Of a stretch of DNA of 64,000 nt, positions 34,965-45,407 are shown in pieces. Position numbers and translations under genes: made by a program. Source of the stretch: Meyerozyma guilliermondii. Lineage: Eukaryota. The number at the start of each line of letters is the position of its first letter. Within the stretch, counting starts at the first letter, position 1. Location: contig CP128818.1 in the NCBI GenBank assembly GCA_051546255.1, forward strand, positions 868,001 to 932,000. Direction: 5' to 3'. The notes below the pieces were generated by a model. It was not told where the DNA came from. It worked only from the letters and a program-made list of their open reading frames with translations, and did no database searches.

Positions 34965-36830
34965 ATGTCCAACAGCCTTTTCAAATCCAAGCAAATAAAG
35001 TCAAGGCGCAACTTGAAGTCGTTGAACATTTCTGCGCCGATGCTTGCGGACGTTCGAGAATCGGCACCCGTTTCCAATACAAAAGCTTCAACGAAAACTT
35101 TTCCAAGTGTGATTTTGGTGGCCAAATATTCATTCACCGCAGAACTGGATGCTGAGCTTTCGGTTAAAAAAAGTGACTTTGTCAAGCTTTTGAACAGGCC
35201 ACGTAACGGGTGGTTGTTTGTGCAATATCTCGACAGCTACCAGGCCCGGGGGCTCATTCCTGCTTCGTATGTTGACATCGAGGTGAATGATAACAAGAAC
35301 CCGATTTCGATGGAGTGGTTGAATGAGATGGAACCACAGAACTACGGGACAAAAGGCGAGAAGAACAAGTCAAATAGTGACCAGATCACAGAGAAAAGCG
35401 ACAAGATTACGAAGGAAAAATCTGGCGAAATTTCCAGCAAAAGTGACCACTCCACCAAAGAAATTTCTGGCGAAATTTCCCAAATTTCCGAAAGTTCCAG
35501 CCACAACCTGTTCAGTTTCGGAGTCTCAGAAACCCTTGAACCCTCAACCCCAGCACTCGCTCCGTCGTCAACTTTTCAAGCTCCAGCTACTCCCAAATCT
35601 ATAACCATTTCCAACGTTTTGCAGTCTTCTGTTGGTGGAGTGTGGTACCGGGTCGATGTCCGTATGTCGGACCAAAGTATGGTTTATGTGGCCAAAAGAT
35701 ACCAAGATTTCTACAATCTTCATGTTGCGTTGCTGCAAACCACCAAAGCGATTTCATCACTTCCTCGTCTTCCTCAACCAATTCGAACAAATATGATTGG
35801 TGTAATGTCCAAGCCTCGTACCGACAGAGTTTACCTTGAAAGCTTGCTTGTACGATGCAACGAACTCAACTATTACGTCAACCAGCTCATCAAAACCACC
35901 AGTGTAAATGGTATGGAGATCTACAACTGGATCATGACTACTAGCGATCCCCGGCTCATTTTTGTTAATGAGGCTGCTGTGAACATGTTCAGCGAAGATA
36001 TCAACAAGAAACTCTATCCAAATTCTACAAATGTCATGGCTGTTCTTCTGCCGAAACTGACTAATGTTGCAACTTTCTCACCAACCACCACCACTAACCA
36101 AACCACTAACAGCACAAGTCTCAACAGCTTATCGTCTCTCCTCGACACCTACGAGGCAGACCACCCAGAACAATCTGATCCCAACCATTCTGAATCTGAA
36201 CCCGATTCTCACATAAATTCCGATTTTGTCGAGCCACCAGACTCATCCCAAGACTCAGAAAACTCTACATGGGAATTAAACTCCGCCGGAAACAGTACTG
36301 CCGACACCAGTGCCGACGAGAGCAATTGCGAAAAAACTGCAAAGCCGCAACCAAATGTTGCAAACATAGATACCCGGGTTAGGCACCCTTCGTCGTCCAG
36401 TGCCGAGTCGATTTTTTCCGCCATCCACAAATCTGCTCCTTCAACCCCCACCTTCAATTACTACACAGACCAGGTTTCACCATCTACGCCGGTGGAATTC
36501 CACGAGGAATTACCGGTGGAAAAACCCAGAACACAATCCGCTTCTGGTCCAGCCGCAGGAGACCTCATAAAAATCAAAGTGTCACTCAACAATGCCCAGG
36601 GTGATATAGTTGCGCTCCGCATCAAGAGAACAAACCTTATGTCGGTTGTCTACCTCAAAAAGCTTCTCTCACATAGAATCTACAAAGACTTTAATTTGAT
36701 CCACCACTATAAATTGGTTGCAGAGGGAGAAAAAGATATGGATGATGAAGCGCTTCTTGACTACATGAAACTGCAAAGCAAGGTGCACTTGACGTTACGT
36801 CGGGTGCGTCAAAGTTCCACTACCAAATGA
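34965..36830 (+). CDS. Bem1-like SH3-PX-PB1 protein
   Basis: SH3 AKYSFTAE...NGW...GLIPASYV; PX VWYRVDV...KRYQDFYNLH; C-terminal IKIKV...DIVALRIK (PB1-like). Confidence 0.8.
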   Translation: MSNSLFKSKQIKSRRNLKSLNISAPMLADVRESAPVSNTKASTKTFPSVILVAKYSFTAELDAELSVKKSDFVKLLNRPRNGWLFVQYLDSYQARGLIPASYVDIEVNDNKNPISMEWLNEMEPQNYGTKGEKNKSNSDQITEKSDKITKEKSGEISSKSDHSTKEISGEISQISESSSHNLFSFGVSETLEPSTPALAPSSTFQAPATPKSITISNVLQSSVGGVWYRVDVRMSDQSMVYVAKRYQDFYNLHVALLQTTKAISSLPRLPQPIRTNMIGVMSKPRTDRVYLESLLVRCNELNYYVNQLIKTTSVNGMEIYNWIMTTSDPRLIFVNEAAVNMFSEDINKKLYPNSTNVMAVLLPKLTNVATFSPTTTTNQTTNSTSLNSLSSLLDTYEADHPEQSDPNHSESEPDSHINSDFVEPPDSSQDSENSTWELNSAGNSTADTSADESNCEKTAKPQPNVANIDTRVRHPSSSSAESIFSAIHKSAPSTPTFNYYTDQVSPSTPVEFHEELPVEKPRTQSASGPAAGDLIKIKVSLNNAQGDIVALRIKRTNLMSVVYLKKLLSHRIYKDFNLIHHYKLVAEGEKDMDDEALLDYMKLQSKVHLTLRRVRQSSTTK

Positions 36831-37361
36831 GTTTTTCAGGTATTCATTTTCACGTGGAGTTCCATGTTTCTTTTGCGTCGAATGGTGCGTTGTGTTAAAA
36901 AATAAAACCATGCACCATGCATGCGCCCACCAACGGTGCACAAATCCGACGAAGGATTGTTCGATGGCCCCGGTGGTCTGAACAAGGCTGATGTAACTTG
37001 CAAGGATTCTTTCAAGTCTGTTGCTATGTAGTATTATTACAGTGCTACGGCTGTGTATGATTTCCCCTTATTTAGCCTAATCAACAATACCCCCACAATA
37101 TGTCATTTCCTATTTCAGCGCGACGCATGCCTGTTTCGGAGGGCTACTTCTAGCGACACATCACCTTTCCTAATTAGGCCGCCAGCCTCACCATTGCGAT
37201 AACATAGAATTCACTGCCTCCGATGGTAAATTTAATCCACTAGACATTTGCAGATTTATACATCACGCCACTTCTTCCTACAGATACCCACTAAGCACCA
37301 ATTCAAACCCGTAGCTTCCCACGATACCATATTAACTAGCGAAATCTCCTTTTGTTGCAAT

Positions 37362-38390
37362 ATGGGGTTCAAATTCTTGTGGTCTTCAAAACGGGCTTCT
37401 TACGCCAGCTCCGACGAGTCTTCTGTGTTTGACTCGGCTCCGACAACCCTCAGTATTCCCACCATCACCGAAGAAGACTTAAACAAAACATCAAAGCCAA
37501 CCAGCTGCTATACAACTCGGCCGCTTCTGGAGGAAACATTGTGTTTAGAAAAGGTAGAGGACAAAACAGAACAATATTCACAGCACAAACGTCAACAATA
37601 TTCGAAAGATCCTCCTCAACCTTCAAAAAGTTCACAACAAAAAGCTTCACAGAATCAACCGCAACCTTCACAACGTTCACCTCAAAATTCTTCCTCCTCC
37701 TCCAGACTCGAACGCCGAAAGTCCTTCGGTTTGTTGCTAGCACAGAAAGTGTCTCGCCTATCAGGGTCCCATTTGAAGGAATCCAGGCCCAAATCGACTC
37801 TTTTTGAGTCGTCTCCAACTTCAAACACTTATAACACCCACCGCCAACTGACAGCTCCCAAATCACCTCCCAGAGACCCAGAGTCACCAGAAAGATTTTC
37901 GCTGTCTCCTTCCACCCTTGTAGGTCTGGACGTTTCGCCAAAGCTTCCTTACGTTTTGGAAAACCAGCCTTCTATCACCCATATAATTGAGCCCCGCCAA
38001 AAAACCCAAATACCCACTTTTTTCCACGCCCGGCCCCAGCTGCTGACGTTCGAGCTTCCTGTTAAAAAAGACCAGATTTTAAAAATCAAGATCTTTGTCA
38101 CCTCGTCCTCCAGCTCCACCAGCGACGTGATCGCACTCAAACTCAAAAAACAAAAACTCCAGAACATCCACGAGTTGATCCAGGTGATCCAGTTCAAAGT
38201 TGGGTTTCGGCTCGCCGCGGTGGAAACCTCCGATATCAAGCTCTCGATTTTTTTCAAAAACCCAAAACTCAAGCCCATACCGTTGCTGCAAAGTGACAGC
38301 GCTGGTCGCTCTCTCGACTCCAACTTGCTCATGGACTATATTATTGCCAAGGACAAGCTCTATGTCAATGCGTGTGTAGATGTAAACTAG
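37362..38390 (+). CDS. S/P/Q-rich protein with a C-terminal PB1-like domain
   Basis: LKIKIFV...DVIALKLKK...LLMDYI..K.KLYV aligns by eye with the C-terminus of the preceding gene. Confidence 0.65.
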   Translation: MGFKFLWSSKRASYASSDESSVFDSAPTTLSIPTITEEDLNKTSKPTSCYTTRPLLEETLCLEKVEDKTEQYSQHKRQQYSKDPPQPSKSSQQKASQNQPQPSQRSPQNSSSSSRLERRKSFGLLLAQKVSRLSGSHLKESRPKSTLFESSPTSNTYNTHRQLTAPKSPPRDPESPERFSLSPSTLVGLDVSPKLPYVLENQPSITHIIEPRQKTQIPTFFHARPQLLTFELPVKKDQILKIKIFVTSSSSSTSDVIALKLKKQKLQNIHELIQVIQFKVGFRLAAVETSDIKLSIFFKNPKLKPIPLLQSDSAGRSLDSNLLMDYIIAKDKLYVNACVDVN

Positions 38391-38594
38391 AATACAAGAA
38401 ATTCAAGAATTGAAATTACTGAAATATGAAATTCATTTGGATTAAGTTGGTTGGACTGAAAGTTCTTGATTTGCACCCATTCGCTTATCTGCAGTCCTCC
38501 TGCAGTTGCCTCAGCACTCCACGTGGAAATGCTGCGAAACACTCTTCTCATGAGGTCCACTACAGAATAGCCAATAATCCCACAAAATCACCGA

Positions 38595-39902
38595 ATGACG
38601 GAAGTATTCTCTTTCGATGACGAGGACTTGTCCCAGCAAACTGAAAACCTAAATATTGACGATCTCAACTACCGCATTCTTCCGGACCAAGAACCGGACT
38701 CCATCTCCAGCTCTAATTACGAACAAAAAGACGTGGTTTCCGAGCTCCGCAAACCAGTTCCCATCAAACAAAACAGACGAAACTCCTCCCATGCTATCGA
38801 CGTGAACGAAAATTTCGTTTCTTCAATCAACAAATCTTATTCGAGTGCTGGCTCATTGGGCCCGTATAAACCCAAGCTTCTGGATTTCGAACCAATCAAA
38901 GTGTTGGGAAAGGGGTCTTTCGGGAAGGTTCTCCTCGTACGAGAGATCTCCACAGGCAGGTTGTTTGCCCTGAAACAACTCAAAAAGGCAACTTTAATCA
39001 TCAGTGACGATGAAATCAACACCGTCAATTACCAACGAACTGTTAATGAAAAGTCCATTTTGGAAATGGTCGACCACCCCAACATCGTCCTGCTCTACTA
39101 CGCTTTCCAAGACCACAACAAGCTCTACCTAATCCTCGAGTATCTTGACGGCGGTGAGTTGTTTCACCACTTGGCTCAAGAACGATTCATGAGTGAAAAA
39201 AATGCCTCGTACTACATAGCCCAGATGGTGTTGGCTTTGCGCTACTTGCACACCAAGCTAGGTGTCATCTACAGGGACTTAAAACCGGAAAATTGCATGC
39301 TCAACTCGCTTGGAAACTTGGTGCTCACCGACTTTGGTCTCTCCAAAGTTTCTTCCGAAGACGACCCTTCTCACTCGCTCACAGGTACGGCCCAGTATAT
39401 GGCGCCAGAGATACTCAAGGGAGAAAATTACGGATTTGCAGTAGACTGGTGGTCGCTTGGATGCGTAGCCTTCGATTTACTCACTGGATCTCCGCCATTT
39501 ACTGGCAACAATAATAAGAAAATCATGGACAAAATCATATCTTCCAAGAAAAACCTCAAATTTCCCTTCTATCTTTCACAGGACGCAAAGGACCTTCTCA
39601 GAAAATTATTACAAGCAAACCCAGACAAACGCATGGATATAGACGGCAACTTTGACATGTTGAAAAACCACCGATTTTTTCGATATGTCGATTGGAAACA
39701 ACTTGAATCTGGAAACCAGAGCGATGTACTCCCTCCTATACTACCGGTGATAACGAATCCCGTCCTTGCGGAAAATTTCGATCCCGAATTCACAGATTTA
39801 CCATTCACTCCTCAAAAGCATTTCGACCTGGCGTCAGATATACTACATGTCAAGGGCTTTACGTTTGCCAACGAAAGCTACCTTGAAAAATATAGATCAT
39901 AG
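38595..39902 (+). CDS. YPK3: AGC-family S6 kinase-like Ypk3
   Basis: LGKGSFGKV, YRDLKPENCML, LTDFGLSK, GTAQYMAPE, hydrophobic motif KGFTF. Confidence 0.85.
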   Translation: MTEVFSFDDEDLSQQTENLNIDDLNYRILPDQEPDSISSSNYEQKDVVSELRKPVPIKQNRRNSSHAIDVNENFVSSINKSYSSAGSLGPYKPKLLDFEPIKVLGKGSFGKVLLVREISTGRLFALKQLKKATLIISDDEINTVNYQRTVNEKSILEMVDHPNIVLLYYAFQDHNKLYLILEYLDGGELFHHLAQERFMSEKNASYYIAQMVLALRYLHTKLGVIYRDLKPENCMLNSLGNLVLTDFGLSKVSSEDDPSHSLTGTAQYMAPEILKGENYGFAVDWWSLGCVAFDLLTGSPPFTGNNNKKIMDKIISSKKNLKFPFYLSQDAKDLLRKLLQANPDKRMDIDGNFDMLKNHRFFRYVDWKQLESGNQSDVLPPILPVITNPVLAENFDPEFTDLPFTPQKHFDLASDILHVKGFTFANESYLEKYRS

Positions 39903-39908
39903 ACTGTA

Positions 39909-41324
39909 CTATAATATGCTAAATATGACATAAATTATCGTTATGAACCAGCTGACGTTGGCAAGTAGTGTGTAGTATAAGGATTTGGGGTATCTTGATG
40001 CAACAATGAAGCTCAACACTTTGACACAGAATTGAGTGCAGCCGGCCACCAAGAATATTTTTGGGGTTTCTCCAGTTGCAATTAGAAGATACCACATTAT
40101 GGAGGCAGAAAAACATTCTAGCGACGCATTGGAAATATATGCGAGAACCCACCACGGACTCAATTCGAAGCCGGGAATTCCAAAGCATTGAAAAGCAGGA
40201 TCAAGCTTGAAATTAACATTATCACAGCACCTGTCTATGAACGCTTCATACAGATGGAACTCAGAGTCTAATATTGACCTGGGTTCTACATCCTTGAGTG
40301 TAGCTTCGGAGCAAATGGAGTTCTTGCCAAAAGTATACTGCGAAAGCTTATGCCTCAAAGGCTGCTTCTCTTCGGAGGCACCAACGTAGGAGGAAAGAGT
40401 CTTTATTGAACGACTCAAACGCAATTTCTTGTTGCTCGTCTCTGGGGGTCCAATATGGCCACCTCCGCCAAACAGAATTCTAGTTCCGTCTGGACCCTCA
40501 TATTGAAAGCCTCCACCCCCGCCAATTTCACGGCTTTCTGGGTCTTCTTGGACTGTATTTAGGGCAGTATTGTGGAAGCTGTGGAGATCAGAGCCCAAAG
40601 CATCAGCAGTGGCCTGGTCCATATGAAAGGTATTTTTCGGTGAAACCGAGTACAACTTGTCCACAAGACTCGACAGACATCCGTGCTGAATTGGCACGGG
40701 TCCCATGTATCCATTGAACAAGAGAGTATCGTGAGAAAGAGCCGAATCTCTTCGTTCTTCAAACTTAAAGTCGTCAGTGGCACCATAGGAAATCACGTCC
40801 AGGTACACAGGCGGCACCACCAGACCCTGCTGCTTCCATTGGTGGTATGTGTCGATAAATTTACTGTAAATTGAGCCATAGTGGGATGGAAAGCACGAAG
40901 TCACAAACACAACATGCGAATAAAGGCAGTGAAAAAACGCAAATAAGCCCACGTGAAAGAGCCCCTGGTAGTTTTGGGTTTCGTGTTTTTGCTTATAGAG
41001 CTCTGTCACAAGATAAACCGCCATTATATGCAAAATCTGTGACATTCCAAGTTTCAAGATTGGTCTTGAAGTCGATGCGATCTGCCATGATTTACCACAT
41101 ATCAGCGTAAAAACACCAAATCCAACAACAAGAAAGTAATCCGCAAAACTTCCATAGGTTGCAATGCTTCCAATGGCCAAAAAGTCACAAATTAAAACCA
41201 CAATTAACAAAAAAAAGATCCACAGTAGTCCGAGAAAAGTGACAGTTTTCCACCTTCGAAGCAGACGGGTATCCGATCCTTCCACTGGAAGCTGCCCCGA
41301 TTCAGGATCCATCCTAGCAGCCAT
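39909..41324 (-). CDS. Uncharacterised multi-pass membrane protein (4 N-terminal and about 3 C-terminal TMs)
   Basis: 471-aa ORF with hydrophobic blocks flanking a polar loop. Confidence 0.7.
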   Translation of the reverse strand: MAARMDPESGQLPVEGSDTRLLRRWKTVTFLGLLWIFFLLIVVLICDFLAIGSIATYGSFADYFLVVGFGVFTLICGKSWQIASTSRPILKLGMSQILHIMAVYLVTELYKQKHETQNYQGLFHVGLFAFFHCLYSHVVFVTSCFPSHYGSIYSKFIDTYHQWKQQGLVVPPVYLDVISYGATDDFKFEERRDSALSHDTLLFNGYMGPVPIQHGCLSSLVDKLYSVSPKNTFHMDQATADALGSDLHSFHNTALNTVQEDPESREIGGGGGFQYEGPDGTRILFGGGGHIGPPETSNKKLRLSRSIKTLSSYVGASEEKQPLRHKLSQYTFGKNSICSEATLKDVEPRSILDSEFHLYEAFIDRCCDNVNFKLDPAFQCFGIPGFELSPWWVLAYISNASLECFSASIMWYLLIATGETPKIFLVAGCTQFCVKVLSFIVASRYPKSLYYTLLANVSWFITIIYVIFSIL

Positions 41325-41483
41325 TTAGAAAAAGGCTGAGAGGTGGGAAACAAGTTTGTTGTGGCGAGTGGGGAGTACTAATTGAGTTGGTAAAATTAGC
41401 GCGATGCAGGAAATGTGTATTTTGGTGTCTGGGTGCACAAATAGATATTCGATGACTGATCTACTCGCTCCTTTACTCCACCA

Positions 41484-42200
41484 ATGTCACCCCGAGTCAT
41501 CCCACTTGAATCCAATCCGGAAATTTTCAACCAGTTAGCGCACAAGATCGGGCTTACTCCGGTGGTTCAGTTCCATGATGTGTATTCGCTTACAGACAAA
41601 GATTTGCTTGGGCTTCTTCCGCAGCCAGTTTTTGGCATAATTTTGCTTTTTCCGATAACAGCCAATTACGAGAAATATCGCACGGAAACTGATGCTGGAG
41701 GTGTAGAATACGCCAACGTGAAGGCTGAGTCGGTTACCTGGCTCAAACAAACAATTGGCAATGGTTGTGGCTTGTATGGACTTTTGCACCTTTTGGCCAA
41801 TTTACCCCACGATTTGATTATCGAGAACCTGATGCTCAATAAGCTCTTGTTGACTCAGATCTCCCCCGAGTCTTCGGTGAAAGAAGTGGCTACCATGGTG
41901 GAGGCGTTGGAACTGGCGATTCAATTGGATGCCAACTATGGAAACCAGGGCCAAACCACCGCTCCCGACGCAAACGACTCGGTCAATTTTCACTTTATGT
42001 CGTTCATTAAAGGACGCGACGGACACTTGTACGAGCTCGATGGCCGTAGAAACGGGCCCGTGGACCTCGGTCAAGCCAATGGCGACAATATTGTCGAAGA
42101 ACCCAAAGTGGTTGAAAAAATTCAATTTTACATGGAAAACGCCGATGAGCAAAACAAGCACAACTTTGCCATGATGGCCATAGGTCCGTCAACTGAGTAA
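41484..42200 (+). CDS. YUH1: Ubiquitin C-terminal hydrolase (UCH/C12 family)
   Basis: PLESNPE, KQTIGNGCG, FHFMSF, LYELDGRR. Confidence 0.9.
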   Translation: MSPRVIPLESNPEIFNQLAHKIGLTPVVQFHDVYSLTDKDLLGLLPQPVFGIILLFPITANYEKYRTETDAGGVEYANVKAESVTWLKQTIGNGCGLYGLLHLLANLPHDLIIENLMLNKLLLTQISPESSVKEVATMVEALELAIQLDANYGNQGQTTAPDANDSVNFHFMSFIKGRDGHLYELDGRRNGPVDLGQANGDNIVEEPKVVEKIQFYMENADEQNKHNFAMMAIGPSTE

Positions 42201-42210
42201 GCGTGGTCAG

Positions 42211-43542
42211 CTAAATTTGTCCCTTAATGTCTATTTTGCGGAACCCGGTGGTCACCACAATGCCGTTGATCCTGTCCCGAGCAAGAGCCATGTCCAAGTC
42301 GCCGCCAGTGACAAAGTCCGTCAATTTGTATGTGGTCAAAAACTCATTTAGCGTATCTTCTGTGGATCCGAATTTGAGCTCTTCATTCAAAAAGTTCATG
42401 GGCAAGCGTCTATAGGCCCTGCTCATTGTGTTGAGGGCTCGTATACGTTCTTTTGCAAGTAGGTGCTGCTGGATCAATTTTCTGGCCAATGGCATTTGCG
42501 AGCAAAATATATCGTAAATCACAAAAAACTGGTGGTAATTGCCAATCAATTGACACTGTTGAAGGTCAAAAGCATGCTGGATAAAGGCGTCTTCGTTGCC
42601 CCATTCACACCTCAACTTGTTGATGTCCGAGTGGTTGCCCGTCATCACCATATAGATGATTCTGTAGCAGGTGAACTCGAGTTCCAATTGGTGGCTCTTG
42701 GCCAGCAAACCACCGCTCCGTTTTTGGTCGCGAATGAGATAACTGAGCTGCGACTGGCACTGATTGAATTCACCCAAATCGTTGTTTTCAAGTGCTATTC
42801 GTGCATGGGTCTCGTACACGGCCACGGCAAAGTCATTTTTGATATGTTGTACGGTCAAGTCCTGGCGGATAGATTTGAACTGGTTATTAATGTATGAATA
42901 GTCTTTTTTTTCTGTGCGGAACCGGCGCAAAACGTACTCCATGCTCTTCTCTAGCACCTTTTGCGGACGAACCATGAGCGGGTCGGGCTCGGTGGTGAGT
43001 CGAAGATAGTTTTTTTCGAGTGCCAGGCTACAGCCTACAAAGGACTGCAAGGCTCTTTTTGAGGCTTTTTTCGAGACTTGTATCGAGGCAGAGTTTCCCG
43101 AAAATTCGTTAAAAGATTGCTGAGAAAAAGAACTTGGCGACCTGGGGCGGTCCTGGCTGAACCTCGACTGCCGCTGTCGTTTTCTTTCATCCGAATCAAA
43201 CGAGTTATCGTCGTTATTTTCCATGTACCGTTTCTTCTGAAGACACTCAAGCTCCAAATTTCCACCGTCAAGAGCCGGAATTTTCTGAGCCAGCCAGTCA
43301 TTTTCCCAGAGTTTATTTAAGCTGATCGCCTGCTCCACAAGCTTTTCCATTTGTGACTGGAACTCAAAGTTCTGAGTCGATGAAAGATGCGCTGCTCGCA
43401 CAAAACTGGTATTTACGAATTCCTTGAGCGAATCTGGCCATTGTAGATTCTGCTGGGCCGGCTGAGGCGCTGGAGGCTGTGGCAGCGCCTTTCGGCTTTT
43501 CCCGAGCCGTAGCGACAGATTGACTTCGTTGTATGGGGGCAT
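42211..43542 (-). CDS. THP3: SAC3/GANP/PCI protein Thp3
   Basis: LEKNYLRLT..PDP..VRP, QFKSIRQDLTVQHI, VYETHARIALE..DLGEFNQCQ. The start is taken at MPPYNEV. Confidence 0.85.
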   Translation of the reverse strand: MPPYNEVNLSLRLGKSRKALPQPPAPQPAQQNLQWPDSLKEFVNTSFVRAAHLSSTQNFEFQSQMEKLVEQAISLNKLWENDWLAQKIPALDGGNLELECLQKKRYMENNDDNSFDSDERKRQRQSRFSQDRPRSPSSFSQQSFNEFSGNSASIQVSKKASKRALQSFVGCSLALEKNYLRLTTEPDPLMVRPQKVLEKSMEYVLRRFRTEKKDYSYINNQFKSIRQDLTVQHIKNDFAVAVYETHARIALENNDLGEFNQCQSQLSYLIRDQKRSGGLLAKSHQLELEFTCYRIIYMVMTGNHSDINKLRCEWGNEDAFIQHAFDLQQCQLIGNYHQFFVIYDIFCSQMPLARKLIQQHLLAKERIRALNTMSRAYRRLPMNFLNEELKFGSTEDTLNEFLTTYKLTDFVTGGDLDMALARDRINGIVVTTGFRKIDIKGQI

Positions 43543-44106
43543 AGAGAGAAGAGGTGAGGTGCGATTTGAGGTGGTGTGTGCAGGAAAAGAGCTGAGAGAA
43601 ACTGAAAAATATATGGGGTAGTGAACAGGAATAGAAATGGAGGTTTGACTGGAGTTCAGTTGGCGGTTGATTGGAGAGTGTGAGTTAGTTTCTGTTTCTG
43701 TGAATTGAGGAAATGTGTGATTTCGCAATTTTCCGATTTTGCATTTTTGAAAATTCACCCTCAAAACAAACTAAAGGCTGCTCAAGTACATCATATTGTA
43801 GTCACTACAGCACAATACACGGATTGTTGAACTAAATGTCCGGATGTTTTATAATAGTTCGCTCTCGCCGACACCATCTCTCTTTTTCTAATCGCGGCAC
43901 CCAAACACCACTTATCTTCCTTCTGTCACAAATACAGCAACAGCGATCACGACTACTGCTCAGCTTCAACCCATAATTGTTTCCATTAAACCGATTTTCT
44001 CACACCAAGAACAACCAAAATCCACACCTGAACCCAATCATCCACTCAACTTTTTTCCGCGACTCAATTTATCCAACTTTTCAGTCCCACACCTTCGCCT
44101 CCATCG

Positions 44107-45222
44107 ATGAAGTCTGCCATTTTTGACAACGAACCGAGGCGGAAACCGCTTATGAGAACAGCACCAACTCCCTGGAGCAACACTCGTCGAGCTCAATCGT
44201 CCAGTCCATCAATTGGACACATAAACAAGAAAGAAAAACCACTTCCGTCATGGAACTTACACGAAATGTTGACATCCTACCAAGAATACGGCCTTCTTCC
44301 TCCTATACTTTCGCCCACAATACCCCAGAAGGAAGACCATCCCGAAGATGTGCCATTATCCATGCTTTCTCCCACTCTTCCTACACAATTCACCCTCGAG
44401 CATCCAGCCCCGAAACGAGCCAAGCCTCCTTTGCAACACGAAGTTGCCCTGCCGTCGCAAAAGGTCAAAGTCCGCTGGATCAACAAACTCAACCAGCCGC
44501 ATCCACGGTTTATGTTGCGGATGAATTTTGATCGAGAAAAGTACCAACAAGCCTTCAAAGTCACCGGTCTCGGAATCTCTTCTGGCGATGTTCCGGTGTC
44601 TACCATCGGCCCTTCGATATCCACGCTCGTTGCCAGGTTGCATCGCTTGCTCAAGGAAGCAAAAGGAGAGTGCGATAGGGCTTCCAACGAGCAATTGGTG
44701 GTGGCTTTGGCTGATTATCTTCTACTTCAAATCGCACTTTCCACCCAAGAAAAATCCAGCGAATCGTGGAAAAGAGCCAGTGAGCTATGTAAGAGGTTAT
44801 CTGGAGCATTGGCAGGCCATACCAAGGGCATGTCGTTGAAAGGAGTCATCTATATGGTTCACGCTGTGATTTTACGCCAGGAAATAATTGCCCTTCAAAA
44901 GGCACTAGAAAAGATATCGACTCAGGAGAAGACCATAGACATTCAGAAGAAGATTATTAGGAAGTATGGTGAAATTGAGCAAAATCTAAGAAGAGCAGCT
45001 CAATACTCAAGCAAAATGGCATCTGAATTGCCGACCACTTTTCATAAGCTGCTCAACACACCACCAAGTTCACGAAAAGTCATGGAGCCGTCACAAGAAC
45101 CATATATGCTTCCTCTAGGTTCCTTTTCAGGAATTGGTGAAGCATGTGGGCTATTGTACCAAGCGGTTTCCGAAATCAAACAGCATAAATGGAGGGTTGA
45201 AGGAGTGAAAGTGGAGATATAG
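44107..45222 (+). CDS. Uncharacterised protein with LSPT(I/L)P motifs and a helical C-terminal domain
   Basis: 371-aa ORF containing LPPILSPTIP and MLSPTLP. Confidence 0.7.
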   Translation: MKSAIFDNEPRRKPLMRTAPTPWSNTRRAQSSSPSIGHINKKEKPLPSWNLHEMLTSYQEYGLLPPILSPTIPQKEDHPEDVPLSMLSPTLPTQFTLEHPAPKRAKPPLQHEVALPSQKVKVRWINKLNQPHPRFMLRMNFDREKYQQAFKVTGLGISSGDVPVSTIGPSISTLVARLHRLLKEAKGECDRASNEQLVVALADYLLLQIALSTQEKSSESWKRASELCKRLSGALAGHTKGMSLKGVIYMVHAVILRQEIIALQKALEKISTQEKTIDIQKKIIRKYGEIEQNLRRAAQYSSKMASELPTTFHKLLNTPPSSRKVMEPSQEPYMLPLGSFSGIGEACGLLYQAVSEIKQHKWRVEGVKVEI

Positions 45223-45407
45223 AAGAAAGGAAATGTGCAAATGTGCAAATGTGCAACAAATGGCAACAGAGAAAAGCTATCTACGCTATTCTTCTACACT
45301 TGTAATATACTTGACCAAAAATCGCATCTTATTAAAGTTTTCATATCACTCTTTACAAATCTGGTAATCTGTATTATACTTCATGCTATGTACTCTGATT
45401 TCTTTTC

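Noticed and set aside
43543..43764. N-terminal extensions from TTG/GTG or upstream starts in the ORF track (THP3, DPM1, UBA2, PFY1, LAP2, RPS22, SOP4, SFT2)
   Set aside because: They run through promoter or low-complexity sequence, and family homology or signal peptides begin at the downstream ATG.
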